Shown: one piece after another, positions 19,630 through 30,041 of the stretch
Numbering within the stretch: position 1 is the stretch's first letter
Layout: the number at the start of each line of letters is the position of its first letter
Source of the DNA: Thermoanaerobaculia bacterium
Lineage (GTDB): Bacteria > Acidobacteriota > Thermoanaerobaculia > Multivoradales > UBA5704
Assembly: GCA_036002325.1 (NCBI GenBank)
Contig: DASYTJ010000038.1
Span: forward strand, 10,665-74,664
Length of the DNA: 64,000 bases
Reading direction: 5' to 3'
The notes under the pieces: model-generated
Databases searched by the model: none
Told to the model about the DNA's origin: nothing
Seen by the model: the letters and a program-made list of their open reading frames with translations, nothing else
Translations under genes and position numbers: made by a program

Positions 19630-22548
19630 GTGAAAGCTCTCCTCATGAAGTCCTTGATCTCTGCTCTTTTCGCGGCGCTCGCTCTCGGCACCTCTCCAGC
19701 GATCTCCGCCCAACCTCCCACCCCTCCCGCCGTCGTCGTCCATGAAGAGCCCATTGCTCCCGGCGAGCCCGGCGGGCCGGAGCCATGGCTGCCCGACCGG
19801 CCCGAGCCGGAAAGCGTCGAGAAGATCAAGGAATACACCACCGCGCCCGAGTTCCTTCCCGAGTCGGTCTCCTACGTGCCGGACTCGGAGACCGTGCCTT
19901 CGCCCACGAAGGTCCTCGGCCACCTCGTCGGAGCGCCGGACGAGCTCTCCCGGGTGGCGGACGTCCACGGCTACTTCCGCCGCCTGGACGAGACCAGCGA
20001 CCGCGTCCAGACCCGGGTCATCGGCACCAGCGAAGAAGGCCGGGAGATCCTGCTCGCCCTGGTCTCTGAGCCGGAGAACCTCGCCGAGCTCGACCGCTGG
20101 CAGGACATCACCGCCCGGCTCGCCGATCCCCGCCGCATCTCGCGCGAGGAAGCCCGCAAGTTGGCGGAGGAAGGCAAGGTTTTCTACTGGCTCACCGGCG
20201 GCCTCCACTCGGGGGAGACCGGCAGCCCCGAGATGCTGATGGAGCTGGCTTACCGGCTCGCGGTCTCGGAAAAGCCGGAGATCCAGACCATCCGCCGCAA
20301 CGCCGTCGTCCTCGTCACGCCCGTCACCGAGCCGGACGGCCGTGACCGGGTCGTGGACTGGTACTACCGCCACGTGCGCGGCCGCAAGATGCCCTATGAG
20401 GAGCTGCGGGAGATCCTCACGCCACCCTACTGGGGGCACTACGTCTTCCATGACAACAACCGCGACGGCATGCAGGTCACGCAGGCGCTCACCCGCGCCA
20501 TCCACGAGACCTACTACGCCTTTCATCCGCAGGTGATGCACGACCTGCACGAGTCGCTGCCGCTGCTCTACATCATGACCGGCTACGGCCCCTACAACCG
20601 CGCCATCGATCCGGTGACGATCAGCGAGTGGACCCAGCTCGGCTATCACGAGGCGGGGGCCCTGGCGGCCCAGGGCCTGCCCGGCGTCTGGACCTGGGGT
20701 TTCTTCGACGGCTGGTGGCCCGGCTATCTCAATTCGGTGGCCAACACCCATCACTCGGTCGGCCGTTTCTACGAGACCTTCGGCAACAGCTCGGCCGGCA
20801 CCTTTGACCGCGACCTTTCGCGGTCGCGCTTCGTGGGCAAGCCGGTGACCGACGTGCAGTGGTACCGCCCCTGGCCGCCGAAGAAGAAGCTCCGCTGGTC
20901 GCTGCGCAACAACACGAACTACATGGAGGCGGGAGCGCTGGCGGCGCTGGAGTACGCGGCCCTCCACCGCCAGGAGCTGCTGGAGAACTTCTGGACCAAG
21001 GGCGAGCGGTCGCTGGCCAGGGGCCGGACGGAGGCGCCCTACGCCTGGGCCTTCCCACCCGAGCAGCGCGATCCGGCCCGCCTCGCTTACCTGATCAACC
21101 AGCTCCGCCAGCAGCGCATCGAGGTCCACCGTTTCACAGGTGAGACGAAGCTCGGCGCCAAGACCTGGCCCGCCGGGACCTACGTGGTGCGCATGGATCA
21201 GCCGTACCGCGATCTCGCCGTCAACCTGCTCGAGGAGCAGAAGTTTCCGGCCGACGAGCCCAACCCGCCGTACGACGACGTGGCCTGGACCTGGCCGCTG
21301 CTCTACGGCGTCGAGGGTGAACGTGTGTCGGACAAGAAGGTGCTCGACGCCGCCATGGAGCCGGTGACGGCCGACGTGACGCCGGAGGGGGCGGTCGAAG
21401 GCGCGGGCGAGGTCTTCCTGGTGCGCGATACGGGACAGACGGCGCTGCTCGAGGCGCGGGTCCTGCTGGGGACGAACCAGGTGGACGCGGCGGAGGCAGG
21501 TTTCACGGCCGGCGGCGTCTCCTACCCGCCGGGCAGTTGGATCGTGCAGGCACCGCGCGAGGCGGTGGAGGAGGTGGCACGCCGCACCGGGCTCTCCTTC
21601 CGGGCGGCCGTCCTCCCCGACGTGCGGCGGCACCTGGTGGACCTGCCGCGTCTCGGCCTCCTGCATTCATGGATCGATACCCAGGACGCCGGCTGGGCGC
21701 GCTACACCTTCGACCGCGGCAAGGTCCCGTATACGCTGATCAACGACGACGATCTGAGGCGTGGCGGTCTGGCCGGCCGGTTCGACGTCATCCTCGTCCC
21801 GGAAACCGGCGGCAGCCTCACCGATCTGGTACACGGCATCGATCCCAAATTCGCTCCGCTGGCCTACACCCGCACGCCGGAGTTCCCCAGCCACGGGGTG
21901 CCCGACGCCGCGGACGACATCACGGGCGGCATGGGGCTCGAGGGGCTGCTCAACCTGCAGAAGTTCGTGCAGGAAGGCGGCGTGCTGATCGCCATCGGCA
22001 ACGCCGGGACGCTGCCGGTCGAGGGCGGCCTGGTGCGCGGCGCAGCCACCGCTCCAGCCGGCGGCTTGAACAACCCCGGCTCGGAGCTGCGGGCCAAGGT
22101 GGTGCGGCCGGAGCACCCGATCGCCTACGGCTATGAGACGCTGACCAGCGTCTTCCGCGGCAACGGCCCGCTCTTCGACGTGCCACGTTACGACCGGTCG
22201 CGGGTGGTGCTGCAGTTCGGCACCAAGAAGCCGGAGGACGAGGAGGAGAAGCAGGACTCCGGTCCGGCGGGCGCCATCGAGGAGGAGGACATCGATACCC
22301 CGGACGCGCCGGAGGCGAAGGCCGAGAAGAACGAGGCGAAGGACGAGAGGCAGGCGGGCCCGCTGGTGCTCTCGGGCTTCCTCAAAGGCGCCGAGGCGAT
22401 CGACGGCAAACCGGCCATCCTCGACCTGCCGGCGGGTAAGGGGAGGGTGATCCTCTTCGCCTTCAACCCGCTCCACCGCTACCTCAACCTCTCGGACTTC
22501 CGGTTCGTCTACAACGCCCTGCTCAACTGGAACGACCTGCCGCAGTGA
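19630..22548 (+). CDS. secreted M14-family zinc carboxypeptidase-like protein (972 aa)
   Basis: Signal peptide, then GGLHSGETGSPEMLMELAYRL (HxxE zinc motif context) in the N-terminal third and a long C-terminal extension. Confidence 0.7.
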   Translation: MKALLMKSLISALFAALALGTSPAISAQPPTPPAVVVHEEPIAPGEPGGPEPWLPDRPEPESVEKIKEYTTAPEFLPESVSYVPDSETVPSPTKVLGHLVGAPDELSRVADVHGYFRRLDETSDRVQTRVIGTSEEGREILLALVSEPENLAELDRWQDITARLADPRRISREEARKLAEEGKVFYWLTGGLHSGETGSPEMLMELAYRLAVSEKPEIQTIRRNAVVLVTPVTEPDGRDRVVDWYYRHVRGRKMPYEELREILTPPYWGHYVFHDNNRDGMQVTQALTRAIHETYYAFHPQVMHDLHESLPLLYIMTGYGPYNRAIDPVTISEWTQLGYHEAGALAAQGLPGVWTWGFFDGWWPGYLNSVANTHHSVGRFYETFGNSSAGTFDRDLSRSRFVGKPVTDVQWYRPWPPKKKLRWSLRNNTNYMEAGALAALEYAALHRQELLENFWTKGERSLARGRTEAPYAWAFPPEQRDPARLAYLINQLRQQRIEVHRFTGETKLGAKTWPAGTYVVRMDQPYRDLAVNLLEEQKFPADEPNPPYDDVAWTWPLLYGVEGERVSDKKVLDAAMEPVTADVTPEGAVEGAGEVFLVRDTGQTALLEARVLLGTNQVDAAEAGFTAGGVSYPPGSWIVQAPREAVEEVARRTGLSFRAAVLPDVRRHLVDLPRLGLLHSWIDTQDAGWARYTFDRGKVPYTLINDDDLRRGGLAGRFDVILVPETGGSLTDLVHGIDPKFAPLAYTRTPEFPSHGVPDAADDITGGMGLEGLLNLQKFVQEGGVLIAIGNAGTLPVEGGLVRGAATAPAGGLNNPGSELRAKVVRPEHPIAYGYETLTSVFRGNGPLFDVPRYDRSRVVLQFGTKKPEDEEEKQDSGPAGAIEEEDIDTPDAPEAKAEKNEAKDERQAGPLVLSGFLKGAEAIDGKPAILDLPAGKGRVILFAFNPLHRYLNLSDFRFVYNALLNWNDLPQ

Positions 22549-24239
22549 CGGAGCCGTCCGAGATCCTGGAGCCGACCGCGCCGGAAGCGCCGGACCGCCG
22601 GCGCGGCGGCGCCGCCAAGGTCTTCGCCGGCATCCTGCTCAGCCGTGCCATGGGCTTCGTGCGCGAAGGCGCGTTCGCCCGCTACTTTGGAGTCGGGCCG
22701 CACCAGGACGCGCTGACGGCGGCGATGCGCGTCCCCAACGTCCTGCAGAATCTGCTGGGCGAGGGCATCCTCTCCGCTTCTTTCATTCCCATCTACAGCA
22801 ATCTGCTCGAAGAGGGGCGCGAGGAGGAGGCCGGCCGCTTCGCCGGCGCCGTCTTCGGCCTGATGCTGGCGGCGGCAGCCGGCTTCGCGCTGCTGGGAAT
22901 CGCGCTGGCGAAGCCGATCGTGGTGCTGCTCGCGCCCGGCTTTCTGCGCGACGCCGCCGCGGTCGCCGCCGGCACGATGACGGTGGACCGCTTCGCCCTC
23001 TCTGTGGCCGGCGTCCGCATCCTCTTCCCCATGGCCGGCGTGCTGGTGCTGTCGGTTTGGGCGCTGGCCGTCCTCAACAGCCACCGGCGCTTCTTCCTGC
23101 CGTACTTCGCGCCGGTGCTGTGGAACTCGGCGATGATCGCCGCGCTGGTCTTCGCCGCCCGGCAGCTCGCCGCCAGCGGCCAGAGCGCGGCCGGGCAGGC
23201 CCACCTCTTCTACGCCGCCTGCTGGGGCGGGTTCATCGGCGGCCTGCTGCAGTTTCTCGTGCAGCTTCCGGGCGTGGCGCGGGTCGCCAAAGGATTCCGC
23301 CTCTCCTTCTCGCTCGGCGTGCCCGGAGTGCGCCAGGCGCTCGCCGCCTGGTGGCCGGCCGTGGCGGGGCGCGGCGTCGTGCAGCTCGCCGGCTATATCG
23401 ACCTCTTCCTCGCCACTCAGCTCGCCACCGGCGCCGCGTCGGCGGACCGCTTCGCGCAGATGTTCTACCTGCTCCCCATCAGCCTCTTCGGCATCTCGGT
23501 GGCGGCTTCCGAGCTGCCGGAGCTGTCGCGCCTGCGCGGCGAAGGGATGGCCGCCGCTTTGCTGGCCCGCGTCCGGCGCGCTTTGCGCTACGTGGCCTTC
23601 CTCAACGTGCCGACGGTGGTCGGCTACCTCGCCTTCGGCTACCTCGTCGTCGGTCTCTACCGCCGGGGCAGCTTCGGCGTGGCCGACAACTGGCTCGTCT
23701 ATCTGGTGCTCTGCGGCTACTCGACGGGGATCCTCGCCACCACCACTTCACGGCTGCTGCAGAACACCTTTTATGCCCTGGGGGACACCCGCTCGCCCGC
23801 GCGCATCGCGGCGATCCGCGTCGGGACGTCGGCGCTGGTCGCCGTGCCCCTGATGCTCTGGCTGGACCGGTTTCCCCTGTCGGCCATCGCGGGACCGCTG
23901 CCCGGCCGCACGCTCTATCTGGGCTCCGTCGGTCTCGCACTGGCCTCGGGGTTCGGCGCCTGGATGGAGCTCGCGCAGCTCCGACGAGCCCTGCGGCGCC
24001 GTCTCCCGGAGTTTGCGCTCCCCTGGCGGGACGATCTGCGCATGGCCGGCGTTGCCTTCGCCGCCGCCCTACCGGCGGCGCTGGTCTGGTGGCTGCTGCC
24101 ACCCCTCCACCCCATGATCAAGGCCGCTCTGGTGCTGGGCACGTATGGCGCCGGCTACCTCCTACTCTCGCGTCTGGCCGGAGTGGAGGAGGTCGAGGCT
24201 TTCGTGAGCGGTTTCAAGCGGCGGCTGACGAAGCGCTAG
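22545..24239 (+). CDS. murJ: lipid II flippase MurJ (MviN)
   Basis: ILLSRAMGFVREGAFARYFGVGPHQDALTAAMRVPNVLQNLLGEGILSASFIPIY matches the MurJ N-terminus. ~14 TM, 564 aa. Confidence 0.9.
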   Translation: MTEPSEILEPTAPEAPDRRRGGAAKVFAGILLSRAMGFVREGAFARYFGVGPHQDALTAAMRVPNVLQNLLGEGILSASFIPIYSNLLEEGREEEAGRFAGAVFGLMLAAAAGFALLGIALAKPIVVLLAPGFLRDAAAVAAGTMTVDRFALSVAGVRILFPMAGVLVLSVWALAVLNSHRRFFLPYFAPVLWNSAMIAALVFAARQLAASGQSAAGQAHLFYAACWGGFIGGLLQFLVQLPGVARVAKGFRLSFSLGVPGVRQALAAWWPAVAGRGVVQLAGYIDLFLATQLATGAASADRFAQMFYLLPISLFGISVAASELPELSRLRGEGMAAALLARVRRALRYVAFLNVPTVVGYLAFGYLVVGLYRRGSFGVADNWLVYLVLCGYSTGILATTTSRLLQNTFYALGDTRSPARIAAIRVGTSALVAVPLMLWLDRFPLSAIAGPLPGRTLYLGSVGLALASGFGAWMELAQLRRALRRRLPEFALPWRDDLRMAGVAFAAALPAALVWWLLPPLHPMIKAALVLGTYGAGYLLLSRLAGVEEVEAFVSGFKRRLTKR

Positions 24240-24462
24240 GGAAGGGTATATAAGCGAATTCTAGCTCCGGAATGGTCCAGGATTTGCACCTCAACCACGC
24301 AGCGAATTCCCCTCGCGAGAGTAGAGCTCGTCCAGCGGGACGGGCGTGCTATCCGGTTCGCAGGGGAGATCGCTTGGAGTTTCTTTTTTCCAAATTGACT
24401 CCCGGAATTACACGGGCCGCCGGCGTTCCGTTCCGGGCGTCCCAGGTGAGGTGAAGTCGCGG

Positions 24463-26499
24463 ATGTCGAATCCTGGGGAGGGCGGGAGCCATCGCCGGCG
24501 GCTTGGTCAGGAAGCGGGAAAGCTCCTGGCGGGGACCGCCGGGCTCGCCGCCGTCTACTTCGTGGCGGGCCGGCTGGGTCTGCTGGCCCCGATTGTTCAT
24601 GACCATGTGACCCTGCTCTGGGCGCCGACGGGGATCGCGCTCGCGGCCGTCCTTCTCTTTGGCCTCCGCGCCGTGCCGGGGATTCTCATCGGCGCCTTTC
24701 TGGTGAACTTCACCATCGGCGGCCCCGCGGCCGGCGCGGCCGGCGTCGCGGCCGGCAACACCTTGGAAGCTGCCGTGGGTGCCTGGCTCCTTCGGCGGGC
24801 CGGCTTCCGCGTCTCGCTCGAGCGGGTGCGCGACGTCCTGCTGCTTCTCGGGCTCGGGGTCGTCGCAGGTCCGGCCATCAGCGCCGCGATCGGCGTGGCC
24901 AGCCTCACCGCGTCCGGCCAGATTTCGGGCGATCTGAACCCGTTGAACCTCGCCAGCTACTGGTGGCTGGGCGACGCCATGGGCGCCCTGCTGGTGACGC
25001 CGGTCATCTTGACCTGGGCCCGACTGCCACGCCCCTGGTCTATCCGCAGGGAAAGGCTGCTCGAGGTGATCCTCCTCGTCACCGGCTTCCTGGTGGTCAG
25101 CGACTTCACGCTCGGCACCTGGACGACGAACCCGATCCTCCACCCGCCGCTCGCTTTCACCCTGTTCCCTTTCCTCGCCTGGGCCGGCATTCGGTTCGGT
25201 CCGCGGGGCGCCGCCACGGCCACCCTGCTGGCGGCGGCGATCAGCATCTGGGCCACCCTCGAGGGGCGGGCCCCCTTCGCGCGCGGCACGCTCGAAGAGC
25301 GGCTGATGTTCCACCACACCTACATGGCGCTGGCGTCGATCACCTCGCTGCTGCTGGCGGCGGTCTTCGCCGAGGCCCAGGCGGCCAGCGAGGCCAAGGA
25401 CCGGTTTCTGGCCAGCCTCAGCCACGAGCTGCGGACGCCGCTGACGCCGGTGCTGGCGGTGGTCTCGGCCCTCGAGGGGGACGAGCGGGTCCACCCGAAC
25501 CTGCGGCGGCCGTTGGACCTGGTCCGCCGCAACGTCGAGCTCGAAGCACGGCTGATCGACGACCTCCTGGACCTGACGCGCATCGTCCGCGGCAAGCTGG
25601 AGCTGCGCCCGGAGGTCATCGACGCGCGCCGGGTCATCGAGCACACGGTGGAGATCTGCTGCAGAGGAGAGACGGCCGGCGGCCTGTGGGTGGTGACGGA
25701 CCTGGCGGCCGAGGACCACCGGATCTGGGCCGATCCTTCGCGCCTGACCCAGGTGCTGTGGAACCTGCTCAGCAATGCGGTGAAGTTCACGCCGGCGGGA
25801 GGAACGATCACGGTCCGCTCCTGGAACGAAGGGGACCGCCTGGTCCTGCAGGTTTCCGACACCGGCGTCGGCATCGATCCAGGAGCGCTGCCCCAGGTTT
25901 TCGACGCCTTCGAGCAGGGCCGCGCGCGCAGCCCCCGCGGCGTCGGCGGACTGGGCCTGGGCCTCGCCATCAGCAAGGCGATCGTCGAGCTGCACGGCGG
26001 CCGGTTGACGGCGGAGAGCCGGGGCCGCGGACAGGGCGCGACGTTCACCGTGTCGCTGCCCTCGTCGCTGCCGCGGGTGGACCAGGAGACGGGAGAGATC
26101 GAGATCGCCGGGGAGCCCGTCGCGACGCCGGAGCCCGCGCCAGGCCCCCTCCGTATCCTGCTCGTCGAGGACCACGCCGACACCGCCGAAGCCATGGCCG
26201 AGCTGCTGTCCCTGCTCGGCTACCAGGTGACCACGGCGTCGACGGTGGCCGAAGGCCTCGCCGTGGCGAGCGCCGAGAAGTTCGATCTCATGCTGAGCGA
26301 CCTCGGACTGCCCGACGGCAGTGGCCTCGACCTGATGCGGGAGCTCGCCTCCCGCAACGGCCTGCCCGGCATCGCCCTCTCCGGCTATGGCATGGAAGAC
26401 GACGTGCGCGAGAGCCTGGAAGCGGGTTTCCGCAAGCACCTCACCAAGCCGGTGACCCTGCAGCAGCTCGAATCGGCGATCCGGGAGGTGGTGGGGTAG
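24463..26499 (+). CDS. hybrid sensor histidine kinase (MASE1 membrane domain - HisKA - HATPase - receiver)
   Basis: MASE1-like multi-TM N-terminus, then LSHELRTPLTPVL (H-box), then LTQVLWNLLSNAVKFTP...DTGVGI...GLGLGLAISK, then C-terminal ILLVEDHADT...MLSDLGLPDGSG receiver. Start at ATG 24463. Confidence 0.85.
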   Translation: MSNPGEGGSHRRRLGQEAGKLLAGTAGLAAVYFVAGRLGLLAPIVHDHVTLLWAPTGIALAAVLLFGLRAVPGILIGAFLVNFTIGGPAAGAAGVAAGNTLEAAVGAWLLRRAGFRVSLERVRDVLLLLGLGVVAGPAISAAIGVASLTASGQISGDLNPLNLASYWWLGDAMGALLVTPVILTWARLPRPWSIRRERLLEVILLVTGFLVVSDFTLGTWTTNPILHPPLAFTLFPFLAWAGIRFGPRGAATATLLAAAISIWATLEGRAPFARGTLEERLMFHHTYMALASITSLLLAAVFAEAQAASEAKDRFLASLSHELRTPLTPVLAVVSALEGDERVHPNLRRPLDLVRRNVELEARLIDDLLDLTRIVRGKLELRPEVIDARRVIEHTVEICCRGETAGGLWVVTDLAAEDHRIWADPSRLTQVLWNLLSNAVKFTPAGGTITVRSWNEGDRLVLQVSDTGVGIDPGALPQVFDAFEQGRARSPRGVGGLGLGLAISKAIVELHGGRLTAESRGRGQGATFTVSLPSSLPRVDQETGEIEIAGEPVATPEPAPGPLRILLVEDHADTAEAMAELLSLLGYQVTTASTVAEGLAVASAEKFDLMLSDLGLPDGSGLDLMRELASRNGLPGIALSGYGMEDDVRESLEAGFRKHLTKPVTLQQLESAIREVVG

Positions 26500-26567
26500 G
26501 ACCTCGGGAGGGGGTGCAGTGCTAAGCTCCCCCCGCTCAATTTCTTTTAGATCCCGAGGAGCCCTCC

Positions 26568-29500
26568 ATGCCCATTCGTGAGACACGTTTCCGTCTCGTC
26601 GCCTTCCTTCTGTTCCTGCTGGCCGTCCTGCCGGTCCTGGCGGCGCCGGCGAAACAGGCGTCCACGCCGGCTTTCTCCGATCTTCCCGAGCTCAAGCCCT
26701 TCAAGTATCGGTTGATCGGTCCGGCCTGGGGCGGCCGGGTGGCGCGCGCCACCGGCGTGCCCGGCAATCCCAGCGTTTACTACGCCGCCACGGCCTCGGG
26801 CGGCGTCTGGAAATCCGCGAACGGCGGCCTCTCGTGGAGCCCCGTTTTCGACGAGCAGGCGATCTCGTCCATGGGCTCGATCGCCATCGCCCCGTCCGAC
26901 CCCAACGTCGTCTATGCGGGCTCGGGCGAGGCGAACATTCGCGGCAACGTGGCGGCGGGCAACGGCATCTACAAGTCCATCGACGCCGGCAAGACCTGGA
27001 CGCACGTCTGGAAGCAGGAAGGGCAGATCGGCGAGATGGTGGTTCACCCCAAGAACGCCGACGTCGCCTTCGCCGCCGTCCTCGGGCACGCCTTCGGCCC
27101 CAACCCCGAGCGCGGCGTCTACCGCACGCGGGACGGCGGCAAGACCTGGGAGCAGGTGTTGAAGAAGGACGCCGAGACCGGCGCTTCGTCGGTCGCCCTC
27201 GATCCTTCCAATCCCAACGTCGTCTTCGCCGGCCTGTGGCAGGCGCGTCGCCGCCCGTGGGAGCTGACGAGCGGCGGACCGGGCAGCGGCCTGTGGGTCT
27301 CGCGCGACGGCGGCAGCACCTGGAAGCAGCTCACCGGCAAGGGCCTGCCCGAAGGCATTTGGGGGAAGGTCGGAGTGGCGGTGGCGCCCTCCGACGGCCG
27401 GCGGGTCTACGCGCTCATCGAAGCGGAGAAGGGAGGGCTCTTCCGGTCCGACGACGGCGGCGAGAGCTGGACCCTCGCCACGGCGGACCGCAAGCTGCGG
27501 CAGCGGGCCTGGTATTACACGACCCTGACAGTGAATCCGGCCAACCCGGACGAGATCTGGGCGCCCAACGTGCCGCTCCTCAAGAGCATCGACGGCGGCA
27601 AGACGTTCGAGATCTACAACGCTCCGGGCCTCAACCACGGCGACTATCACGACATCTGGATCGATCCGCTCAACGCCCGCCGGATGATCGCGTCCGACGA
27701 CGGCGGCGTGTACATCACCACCGACGGCGGCGAGAGCTGGCTGGACCCGAACCTGCCGATCGGCCAGTTCTACCACGTGTCGGCGGACAACCGGATACCG
27801 TTCCACGTGGCGGGGCCCCTGCAGGACATCGGCACCGCGCAAGGGCCCAGCGACTCGCTGACCCGCGGCGGGGTGCCCAACTCCTTCTGGCACGGCGTCG
27901 GCGGCGGCGAGGCCGGCTGGGTGGTCTCCGATCCGTCGGACCCCAACATCGTTTATGCCGGCGAGTACCTCGGCTACCTCTCCCGCTACGACCATCGCAC
28001 CGGTGAGCAGCGCGACGTCAGCCCGTGGCCGGAGAACCCCTCGGGCCATGGCGGCGAAGACATGCGCTACCGCTTCCAGTGGGTCGCGCCCATCGCCGTC
28101 TCGCCGCACGATCCGAAGGTGGTCTACTACGGCGCCAACGTCGTCTTCCGCACCGCCGACGGCGGCCAGACCTGGACCGCCATCAGCGGCGATCTGACGA
28201 CGAACGACAAGTCGAAGCAGAAGTGGTCCGGCGGCCCCATCACCGGCGACAACACCGGCGTCGAGACCTACTGTACCGTGTTCGTCATCGCCGAGTCGCC
28301 GGTGCAGAAAGACCTCATCTGGGCGGGAAGCGACGACGGACTGGTGCACGTCACCGACGACGGCGGCAAGACCTGGCGCAACGTCAACGCCAGCGTTCCC
28401 GGCCTGCCGCAATGGGGAACGGTCAACATGATCGAGCCCTCGCACTTCGAAGCCGGCACCGCCTACCTGGCGGTGGACGCCCATCGGCTCGACGACATGA
28501 CTCCCTATCTCTGGAAGACGACCGACTTCGGCCGCACCTGGAAGCGCCTCGACGGCGGCCTGCCGCGCGACGTCTATCTCCACTCCGTGCGCGAGGATCC
28601 GGCGCACCGCGGCCAGCTCTACCTCGGCACCGAGCGCGGCGTCGCCTTCTCCCGCGACGACGGCGCCACCTGGCACCCGCTCAAGCTCAACCTGCCTACT
28701 GTCGCCGTGCACGACCTGGTGGTGAAGGACGACAAGCTCGTGGTCGGCACCCACGGCCGCTCGCTGTGGATCTTCGACGACCTCGCCGTGGTGCGCGAGC
28801 CGGTGCCGGAGTCGGCGAAGTCGGCCGGCTTTTATCTGTATCCCGCGCCCGAGGCCGTGCGTTGGGAGCTCCGCGGCGGTCCCGCCGACTCGTGGACCGG
28901 CCAGAACCCGCCTCGCGGTGCCCGCGTCTACTACTGGCTGGCGAAAGAGCCCAAAGGGGACGTCACCCTGGAGATCCTTGACGCCTCCGGCACCGTCGTC
29001 GCCACCCTTTCGAGCAAGCCCAAGGAGCCCACCGGCGCCTACGAGTACGTGAAGGAGGAGCGCGAGCAGCTCAAGGAGCTGGCCCTGCCCAAAGGCGAGG
29101 GCGTGCAGCGCGCCGTATGGCCCTTGGCCTGGGACGGCGCCGAGATGATCCCCAACGCCAGGCTGGATAGCGGTTACCCGGGCGTCGGACCCACCGCCCT
29201 GCCGGGCACCTACAGCGTGCGCCTGACGGTGGACGGCAAATCCGCCTCGACCTCCCTGGTCCTGCGTCCGGACCCGCGCGTCACCGCCTCGCAGGCCGAC
29301 GTGGAGGAGCAGCTCCGCTTCTCGCTGGAAGTGCGCGACGCCGTCACCCGTCTCACCCGCGCCGTGGTGCGGCTGCAGACCGTCCGCCGCCAGCTCGCGC
29401 AGCGCAACGAGCTGCTGGCCAAGGAAGACAAGGCCAAGCCTCTGATCGACTCCTCGCAGGCGCTGATCGCCAGATTGGACGACTTGGAGGCGCGCATGCA

Positions 29501-29765
29501 TAACCCGAAGGCCGAGGTCTCCTACGACATCCTGGCGATGCAGGGCGGCACCAAGCTCTACTCGCGCATGTCCCCCCTCCTCTCCTGGATCGACGGCGGC
29601 AACGGCGCGCCGACCGCGGGCATGCGGGAGGTGTTCGCCGCTCAGCTCGAGGAGCTCACGGGCTACGAGGCCGAGCTCTCCACGCTGATCGAGAAGGACC
29701 TGGCGGACCTCGACAAAACCGCCGGCCAGCTCGGCGTGCCGGGGATCTACGTGCCGGCGAAGTAG
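26568..29765 (+). CDS. secreted BNR/Asp-box repeat protein (Sortilin/VPS10-like, 1065 aa)
   Basis: Signal peptide plus at least 11 Asp-box motifs (SxDxGxTW: SIDAGKTWT, TRDGGKTWE, SDDGGESWT, TADGGQTWT...). Confidence 0.75.
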   Translation: MPIRETRFRLVAFLLFLLAVLPVLAAPAKQASTPAFSDLPELKPFKYRLIGPAWGGRVARATGVPGNPSVYYAATASGGVWKSANGGLSWSPVFDEQAISSMGSIAIAPSDPNVVYAGSGEANIRGNVAAGNGIYKSIDAGKTWTHVWKQEGQIGEMVVHPKNADVAFAAVLGHAFGPNPERGVYRTRDGGKTWEQVLKKDAETGASSVALDPSNPNVVFAGLWQARRRPWELTSGGPGSGLWVSRDGGSTWKQLTGKGLPEGIWGKVGVAVAPSDGRRVYALIEAEKGGLFRSDDGGESWTLATADRKLRQRAWYYTTLTVNPANPDEIWAPNVPLLKSIDGGKTFEIYNAPGLNHGDYHDIWIDPLNARRMIASDDGGVYITTDGGESWLDPNLPIGQFYHVSADNRIPFHVAGPLQDIGTAQGPSDSLTRGGVPNSFWHGVGGGEAGWVVSDPSDPNIVYAGEYLGYLSRYDHRTGEQRDVSPWPENPSGHGGEDMRYRFQWVAPIAVSPHDPKVVYYGANVVFRTADGGQTWTAISGDLTTNDKSKQKWSGGPITGDNTGVETYCTVFVIAESPVQKDLIWAGSDDGLVHVTDDGGKTWRNVNASVPGLPQWGTVNMIEPSHFEAGTAYLAVDAHRLDDMTPYLWKTTDFGRTWKRLDGGLPRDVYLHSVREDPAHRGQLYLGTERGVAFSRDDGATWHPLKLNLPTVAVHDLVVKDDKLVVGTHGRSLWIFDDLAVVREPVPESAKSAGFYLYPAPEAVRWELRGGPADSWTGQNPPRGARVYYWLAKEPKGDVTLEILDASGTVVATLSSKPKEPTGAYEYVKEEREQLKELALPKGEGVQRAVWPLAWDGAEMIPNARLDSGYPGVGPTALPGTYSVRLTVDGKSASTSLVLRPDPRVTASQADVEEQLRFSLEVRDAVTRLTRAVVRLQTVRRQLAQRNELLAKEDKAKPLIDSSQALIARLDDLEARMHNPKAEVSYDILAMQGGTKLYSRMSPLLSWIDGGNGAPTAGMREVFAAQLEELTGYEAELSTLIEKDLADLDKTAGQLGVPGIYVPAK

Positions 29766-29771
29766 GTTCCC

Positions 29772-29806
29772 ACCGCTGGTGTAGGGGCGCAGGCTGCTGC
29801 GGCCCC
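29772..29806. repeat. direct repeat 1 (CCGCTGGTGT + imperfect hairpin GGGGCGCAG..CTGCGGCCCC) upstream of the FN3-GH gene
   Basis: Shares the CCGCTGGTGT..AGGGGCGCAG..GCTGCG(G)CCCC arrangement with 32868-32909. Confidence 0.5.
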
Positions 29807-30041
29807 TAAAAAGATCCGTTCTCTCTGGAGTGCTGTGCCGTGACGGCGCCTCAATTCCGCATGCGGATATGTTTGTCTCCTCATCTTCCAATACATTAAC
29901 ATAATTGCAAAAACTAATCAGACATGATATGAATGTCGGTTGAGCTTCCTGACGCAGATGAGCTCGCCAGGATGAATGCTCACAGGAGTTGCGACGCTCG
30001 CGACTTCCTGCACCGCGAAATCTCACTGGAACGGAGTGAGC

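Noticed and set aside
19312-21666. 784-aa ORF on the - strand
   Set aside because: Antisense to the M14 peptidase gene and the 3' end of the PP2C gene. No motifs.
24349-26586. 745-aa ORF on the - strand
   Set aside because: Antisense to the hybrid histidine kinase, whose H-box, N/G-boxes and receiver motifs are unambiguous on the + strand.
26547-30026. 1159-aa ORF on the - strand
   Set aside because: Antisense to the BNR/Asp-box gene, whose Asp-box periodicity clearly marks the + strand as coding.
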